Assembly: GCA_049966395.1 (NCBI GenBank)
Contig: JBMFUT010000023.1
Span: forward strand, 1-11,516
Direction of reading: 5' to 3'
DNA from: Candidatus Micrarchaeia archaeon
GTDB taxonomy: Archaea; Micrarchaeota; Micrarchaeia; Micrarchaeales; CABMGC01
Length of the DNA stretch: 11,516 bases
This document shows positions 6,751 through 11,516 of this stretch, piece by piece. Every line of letters starts with the position of its first letter. Position 1 is the first letter of the stretch. The notes below the pieces were generated by a model, which made no database searches, had not been told where the DNA came from, and saw only the letters and a program-made list of their open reading frames with translations. A program made the translations under genes and the position numbers.

Positions 6751-7731
6751 ATGCTTGTGATGGGCATAGAAAGCAGCGCCCACACTTTCGGCGTAGGCAT
6801 AGTAGACGGCAAGAGGATAATCGCCAACGAAAAGGAGATGTATCCTATAGATACCAGGGGGATGATACCTTCAAAAGTTGCAGAGTTCCATGCGAGAAAT
6901 TTCGACAATGTCATAAAAAGAGCACTCGAAAGCGCGTCTGTTGGAATCGGCGACATAGAAGGAATAGGGTACACAAAAGGTCCTGGTCTTGGGCCCTGCC
7001 TACAGGTAGGTGAGCTAGCCGCTAAGACAATTGCACATGAAAAAAGTATTCCCATAGCGGAAGTCCACCACGGCGTTGCCCATATAGAGATTGCAAAGTT
7101 AACTGCGAGGCTCAATGATCCTGTTGCGCTATACGTTAGCGGGGGAAATTCGCAGATACTGAAAAAACGCAAAGAGCCTTTCAGCCACTATCATGTTCTT
7201 GGCGAGACATTCGACATAGGCGTGGGCAACATGCTAGACTCTTTTGCGAGGGAACTGAAGCTCAGGCCGGCGTGGGGCTCTGCAGTTGCAAAGGAAGCTG
7301 AGGGCGGCAGATATATCAAGATGCCGTACACCGTAAAAGGCATGGATTTCTCTTTCACCGGGCTTCTGACCAGGGCAACGTCCATGATAGGAAAAGCCAG
7401 TAGCAAGGACCTCTGCTTTTCTATTCAGGAAACCGCTTTTGCAATGCTCTGCGAGGCTACAGAGAGGGCGCTCATGCTCACTGGCAGCAGGGAGCTCTGC
7501 GTGTGCGGTGGCGTTGCACAGAGCGCAAGGCTCAGGGAAATGCTTGACGATATGGCATCTGAGCACCGCATACGCTTCGGCGCAGCTCCTAACGATTACA
7601 ATGCCGACAACGGCGCAATGATTGCGTATGTTGCTGAAAGGATGATAGAAAACGGTATAGTGTCAAGGCCGCGTGACTGCAGTATAATGCAAAAGTACAG
7701 AATAGACAAGGCGGAGGTGCCATGGTCATGA
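6751..7731 (+). CDS. kae1: KEOPS complex tRNA N6-threonylcarbamoyltransferase Kae1
   Basis: 'MGIESSAHTFGVG', 'GPGLGPCL', metal-binding 'HHGVAHIE', 'LYVSGGNSQ', 'GETFDIGVGNMLD', 'PYTVKGMDFSFTG', 'GGVA' and 'DNGAMIA'. ATG 6751 is preceded by AGGTG. Confidence 0.98.
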   Translation: MLVMGIESSAHTFGVGIVDGKRIIANEKEMYPIDTRGMIPSKVAEFHARNFDNVIKRALESASVGIGDIEGIGYTKGPGLGPCLQVGELAAKTIAHEKSIPIAEVHHGVAHIEIAKLTARLNDPVALYVSGGNSQILKKRKEPFSHYHVLGETFDIGVGNMLDSFARELKLRPAWGSAVAKEAEGGRYIKMPYTVKGMDFSFTGLLTRATSMIGKASSKDLCFSIQETAFAMLCEATERALMLTGSRELCVCGGVAQSARLREMLDDMASEHRIRFGAAPNDYNADNGAMIAYVAERMIENGIVSRPRDCSIMQKYRIDKAEVPWS

Positions 7732-8345
7732 GCGGCACTGCAATTATAAGCGAAGGCGCGGAAGCCAAAATTTACATGCAGAGCATATTCGGCGCAAATG
7801 CAATAGCTAAAGTGAGAGAGCCAAAAAAATACAGGCAGGCTGCGCTCGACGAAGAAATAAGGTCTTCAAGGACAAGAAGCGAAGCCAAGATAATGGCGGT
7901 TGCAAATAGCTTCGGCATTCGCTCCCCATCGCTGCTCGCCGTAGGCAAGTACACCATAATAATGAGCAAGATAAGCGGCAAAAGAATGAGCTCTTTGAAA
8001 AAGCCTAGCATGCGCATATTTTACAAGCTAGGCATGCTTCTCGCAAAGTTGCACGAGGCAGGAATAGCGCACGGAGACTTCACTCCGGCAAACATAATCA
8101 TATCGAAAGGCTTGCCTTATGTAATAGACTTCGGCCTGGCTGAAATAACAGGCAGCATTGAGGAGAAGGCAATAGACCTGCTGCTCATGAAGCGCTCGAT
8201 AGGCGCAAGGCAGTACGCAGCAATGGAAAGGGCTTATGCCGCCGCCTACACTCCTGCCAAGGCCGTAATAAAAAGGCTCGCCGCCATAGAAAGGCGCGGA
8301 AGGTACCAGACAAGGACCATGCAGGCGGCCGAAGAGTCTGACTGA
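7728..8345 (+). CDS. bud32: KEOPS complex kinase/ATPase Bud32
   Basis: 'EGAEAKIY', 'KVREPKKYR', 'RTRSEAKIM', 'HGDFTPANII', 'IDFGL' and the C-terminal 'RRGRY'. ATG 7728 overlaps the kae1 stop as ATGA; ATG 7722 is an alternative. Confidence 0.96.
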   Translation: MSGTAIISEGAEAKIYMQSIFGANAIAKVREPKKYRQAALDEEIRSSRTRSEAKIMAVANSFGIRSPSLLAVGKYTIIMSKISGKRMSSLKKPSMRIFYKLGMLLAKLHEAGIAHGDFTPANIIISKGLPYVIDFGLAEITGSIEEKAIDLLLMKRSIGARQYAAMERAYAAAYTPAKAVIKRLAAIERRGRYQTRTMQAAEESD

Positions 8346-8346
8346 G

Positions 8347-8460
8347 TCAGAGCTCTCCAACACGTCTCTTTTGAGCCCTCTTCTGTCTCTTTCTCCTCTT
8401 CTTTATCCACTTCCAGCGCATCCTTCCCTTCTTCTTCCATTTCCTAGGTATGCTTCCCAA
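8347..8460 (-). CDS. rpl41e: Ribosomal protein eL41 (L41e, also called eS32), 37 aa; not in the ORF track
   Basis: TTG at 8460 to TGA at 8347 translates to [37 protein letters not shown], containing the archaeal L41e signature [25 protein letters not shown] at 8469-8465 lies 4 nt upstream of the start. Confidence 0.93.
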   Translation of the reverse strand: MGSIPRKWKKKGRMRWKWIKKRRKRQKRAQKRRVGEL

Positions 8461-8525
8461 AATATCACCGATGAACAGATATATTTGAAACAAAACATAT
8501 TTAATAAATAGCGCCTAAATACTCA

Positions 8526-9302
8526 ATGGATGAAAACATGCACAAGGGAATACTTGCATACATAATTGTGCTGCTTATACTTCTGATTGTGGTATTCTTG
8601 GTTCTAAGGCCTCATGTTGCGACTAAGACTGCCACCACAATAACCACGAAAAACACAACTGTGGCAACGACCACCATCCAGAATTCGACAGTGGTTACCA
8701 CTATTGCAAATACTACAACGATAACAATACCTTCGTGCCTTTCCCTTGCGCAGACAGTCCCAATATACAACGGCAACTTTTCCACAGGCAATTACACTGG
8801 TTGGGAGGTTTCCGGATATGGTTTCGGCACTTCGCCTTTAAACCTGACATACGCTAACCAGAACATGGGCTATTACAATCACACATGGGTAGACTACAAC
8901 GGCACCTTCGCCGCCACGACATTCCATGGCGGTCTCGCCCTGCAGAACGGCAACCTGACTTCGATGCCATTCAAGGTGGTTGAGCCTTATCTCAACTTCA
9001 AGATAATCTCTCCACAGAACAACCTGCTTTACGTTGAGATACTTTCAAATGGCAAGCCTGTCATTGTAGCGCACTACAATACCTACAATGCGCCCAACAA
9101 CCCATATCCAAGCAGCCAGTTCGTGAATGCAAGCATGCCGCTTTCGCTTCTCATGTGCCAGAACGTGAGCATAAAGGTAGTTGCCGGCGTTGTAGGATCT
9201 CTTGCAACGAGGAACCAGTACATCGCAATCGGGGACTTCTACCAGAGCAGGCAGCCGGTTTCAACGCCAGGCATAATAGTAAACCAGACGATAGTAGGAT
9301 GA
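8526..9302 (+). CDS. Membrane-anchored surface glycoprotein with a Thr-rich stalk and a putative carbohydrate-binding-like beta domain
   Basis: N-terminal TM (ILAYIIVLLILLIVVFLVL), Thr-rich linker, 'NGNFSTGNYTGW' jelly-roll-type start, 12 N-x-S/T sequons and two Cys. TTTAATAAA lies about 20-26 nt upstream of the ATG. Confidence 0.8.
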   Translation: MDENMHKGILAYIIVLLILLIVVFLVLRPHVATKTATTITTKNTTVATTTIQNSTVVTTIANTTTITIPSCLSLAQTVPIYNGNFSTGNYTGWEVSGYGFGTSPLNLTYANQNMGYYNHTWVDYNGTFAATTFHGGLALQNGNLTSMPFKVVEPYLNFKIISPQNNLLYVEILSNGKPVIVAHYNTYNAPNNPYPSSQFVNASMPLSLLMCQNVSIKVVAGVVGSLATRNQYIAIGDFYQSRQPVSTPGIIVNQTIVG

Positions 9303-9324
9303 TTGCAAAGGACAGGTGCATGCT

Positions 9325-10815
9325 GTGGAAGCCAACGTAATAGGCTCAAAAATTTCCGGAAACAACGGCAAGCTAGTTGTGTTCAATACCCTGACAAGGA
9401 GCAAGGAAACTTTTGTTCCTATGCACGACAATGAAATCAAGATGTTCGTCTGCGGGCAGACTGTTTACGACGATGCGCACATGGGCCACGCAAAGACCTA
9501 CATAAACTTCGACGTCATAGTAAGGTGGCTCAGGTTCTTGGGCTACGATGTAAACTACATACAGAACATAACCGATGTTGACGACAAGATAATAGCCAGG
9601 GCCAACGAGAGGGGCATGAGCTCTACAGAACTCGCGAGGTACTACGAAGAGAGGCTCATGAAGGACATGGATGACATAGGCGTCAGGCAGAACGTCAGCA
9701 AGTACATACGCTCAACAGACTACATAGACGCGATGAGGGATCAGATACAGCTGCTTGTTGACAGGGGCTATGCTTACTTTCTTGATGGCGACATTTATTA
9801 TGACGTTTCAAAATTCCCGGACTACACTAAGCTTTCAGGAATGAAGGTGGAAGAGCTTGTGAAGCACAGGATAGAGCCCAGGGAGGGCAAACGGAACAGC
9901 TACGACTTCGCGCTCTGGAAGGCGTCTAAGCCTGGTGAACCTTCTTGGCGCATAGATATCAAAATAGAAGGGAAGACAATGCAACTTGAAGGCAGGCCAG
10001 GATGGCACATAGAAGATACAGCAATGACCTACGCTAATTTCGGCCCGCAATACGACATACACGGTGGCGCTTCTGAGCTGATATTCCCACACCACACAAA
10101 CGAGATAGCGCAGGCGGAAGGCGCTTATGGAGTGAAGCCTTTTGTCAGATACTGGCTCCACAGCGGCGTCTTGAACATACGCAACGAGAAGATGAGCAAG
10201 AGCCTCAAGAATTTCGTCAAGATAAGGGATGTCATAGACAAGTACGGCGGCGAGGCAATACGCTTCCTCTATATACAGACGCACTACAGGAAGGATTTCA
10301 ACTACTACGACGCGCTTATGGACGACGCATACAAGAAGCTCAACTACTTGTATGATGCCTTCAGCATATTTTACAACATGAACGAAGCCGAGGGCGCATC
10401 AAGCATAGACCAGAAGGTTTTGGATGCTGTCTCGCGCTTTGAATCTGAATTCTCAGAGGCCATGAACGACGACTTCAATACGCCGCTGGCACTATCCAAG
10501 CTTGTGATAATAATAAACTCGCTGAGGAACTTCGCCGAAACCTCAGAGAGGATAGGGAAGGACGCCAAGTCAAAAGCAATAGAGGCGGTGCTCAGATATT
10601 CAAACGCGCTCGGCATACTCACAAAGGAGAGCTACAAGAAGTCAATACCGCTGGAGGTGTCCAAGCTCATAGAGGAGCGCGACAGGCTCAGGAAGGAGGG
10701 AAAGTATGAAGAAGCAGACGCCATAAGAGAGAAACTTTCCTCCGGCTATGGCATAAGGCTTGAGGATACCGAATACGGCACAATATGGTTTACGTCGCAG
10801 GGCGCTTCGCGCTAG
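9325..10815 (+). CDS. cysS: Cysteine--tRNA ligase
   Basis: 'VFNTLTR', 'CGQTVYD', HIGH-type 'HMGH', 'NITDVDDKII', 'DFALWK', 'GRPGWHIE', 'FPHHTNE', 'KMSKS', 'DDFNTP' and 'ADAIREKL'. In-frame GTG at 9325 follows AGGTG (9314-9318); GTG 9316 is an alternative. Confidence 0.98.
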   Translation: MEANVIGSKISGNNGKLVVFNTLTRSKETFVPMHDNEIKMFVCGQTVYDDAHMGHAKTYINFDVIVRWLRFLGYDVNYIQNITDVDDKIIARANERGMSSTELARYYEERLMKDMDDIGVRQNVSKYIRSTDYIDAMRDQIQLLVDRGYAYFLDGDIYYDVSKFPDYTKLSGMKVEELVKHRIEPREGKRNSYDFALWKASKPGEPSWRIDIKIEGKTMQLEGRPGWHIEDTAMTYANFGPQYDIHGGASELIFPHHTNEIAQAEGAYGVKPFVRYWLHSGVLNIRNEKMSKSLKNFVKIRDVIDKYGGEAIRFLYIQTHYRKDFNYYDALMDDAYKKLNYLYDAFSIFYNMNEAEGASSIDQKVLDAVSRFESEFSEAMNDDFNTPLALSKLVIIINSLRNFAETSERIGKDAKSKAIEAVLRYSNALGILTKESYKKSIPLEVSKLIEERDRLRKEGKYEEADAIREKLSSGYGIRLEDTEYGTIWFTSQGASR

Positions 10816-11312
10816 CCTTCAGGCTGCGCGTCGTCTTTGACAGCCGCATCTTCCGCACTTGGAGGGTCTTCGCTATGCTCCTCTGCTTTGGCTGGCTCTT
10901 CGTTTGTTGAAGGTGACCTCCCGCCCCTTTTCTGCTGCTTTGAAGACCTCGCATTTGCAAAAAGCAGCGCGGGATCCTCCTCTGCAGTAGAATCTATCCA
11001 CTCCTTTATGAATGTGGCGAAATTGCGCAGCGGCTTTGAATACCTGTCAGTAAATGAGTAGGCGCTGTTTTCATGCTTGAGTATACCCACTGTAACCCCG
11101 AAGTCCAAGTACCTTTTCCACGTTGCAATTGGCAGCTCTGAGCCGCAGTCCTTGAGGCGCAGCTCCTTGGCCTTCTTCACGGCGAGCAGTGCCTTGGCGA
11201 ACCTGTATGCCTTGGTTTCGTTGTCGAAGTATGCCTTGGCAAGCTCCTTGACGCTAGGATTCTTGAGCTTTTCCTTGAGCGGAGCGTCCTCGAATTCCCA
11301 GTATTTTATCAT
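10812..11312 (-). CDS. Hypothetical protein, possible winged-helix DNA-binding domain with a disordered acidic tail
   Basis: 166 aa with an ATG start, filling the gap; its stop overlaps the cysS stop (CTAG). 'LRLKDCGSELPIATWKRYLDFGVTVGILKHENSAYSFT' has a helix-turn-helix plus wing pattern. The C-terminus is low complexity (E/D/P/A/S). Confidence 0.7.
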   Translation of the reverse strand: MIKYWEFEDAPLKEKLKNPSVKELAKAYFDNETKAYRFAKALLAVKKAKELRLKDCGSELPIATWKRYLDFGVTVGILKHENSAYSFTDRYSKPLRNFATFIKEWIDSTAEEDPALLFANARSSKQQKRGGRSPSTNEEPAKAEEHSEDPPSAEDAAVKDDAQPEG

Positions 11313-11403
11313 AATCGCATCTATAGCAATTCTACGCTTAAATATTTATTGCCATCGCAGCAGATAAGTTTTTATTGTTTGCATTCGATAGCAAAGAGAT
11401 GCA

Positions 11404-11516
11404 ATGGAAAGCGGTAATAAATTTGTTGCATTTTTTGCAGGAAAGCAACATCATAAGGTCCAGTCCGCTATGGAATACCTCATGACTTATGGATGGGCAA
11501 TTCTTATTATTGCAGT
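11404..11516 (+). CDS. 5' part of a class III signal peptide (type IV pilin-like) protein (partial)
   Basis: Translates to MESGNKFVAFFAGKQHHKV-QSAMEYLMTYGWAILIIA and stays open to the window end. It has Lys before the predicted cleavage site, Q at +1, E at +5 and then a hydrophobic helix. Confidence 0.85.
   Translation, partial: MESGNKFVAFFAGKQHHKVQSAMEYLMTYGWAILIIA

Noticed and set aside
8337..8351. Palindrome TCTGACT-G-AGTCAGA at the bud32/rpl41e junction
   Set aside because: Only 7-bp arms, a single occurrence, and it spans two converging stop codons; insufficient to call a terminator or binding site.
8246..8440. 64-aa acidic minus-strand ORF ([18 protein letters not shown]...)
   Set aside because: It is an alternative frame of the rpl41e sequence and overlaps bud32 antisense. 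The L41e frame has the SD and the family signature.
8366..8440. Long pyrimidine-rich tract as a terminator or simple repeat
   Set aside because: Explained by Lys/Arg/Trp codons of rpl41e on the minus strand, although a secondary role in terminating bud32 transcription cannot be excluded.
8619..8730. ACx-rich stretch as a tandem DNA repeat
   Set aside because: It reflects Thr codons with varied third positions; there is no nucleotide-level periodic unit.
1..11516. CRISPR array, tRNA/rRNA genes, transposase/integrase or defence system
   Set aside because: No repeat-spacer periodicity, cloverleaf or rRNA-like segment, or recombinase/nuclease motif was seen; nearly all sequence is accounted for by protein genes.

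Overview
Gene-dense archaeal chromosomal window, most consistent with a DPANN archaeon such as Micrarchaeota (inferred from the QSAMEYLMTYGWAIL pilin-like leader, compact gene packing and glycosylation-site-rich surface proteins). It holds mostly information-processing genes: primase large subunit, PCNA, archaeal D-aminoacyl-tRNA deacylase, RNase P Rpp21, KEOPS Kae1 and Bud32, CysRS, and a 37-aa ribosomal protein eL41/eS32 missed by the ORF track. Interspersed are an encapsulated-ferritin-like gene, a DUF131 membrane protein, a DJ-1/PfpI-fold protein, a stand-alone ATP-cone protein, a putative winged-helix protein and several surface proteins. Most notable: (1) the PriL has no 4Fe-4S domain and instead ends in a PriX-like domain; (2) an orphan EncFtn-type ferritin sits between pcn and priL; (3) a membrane-anchored protein has glutamic peptidase (G1/eqolisin)-like motifs on a repeat stalk; (4) the DJ-1/PfpI protein lacks its catalytic residues; (5) CysRS has Asp in place of a zinc-ligand Cys. 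No rRNA, tRNA, CRISPR array or mobile element was seen. All assignments come from motif recognition by eye; no searches were run.
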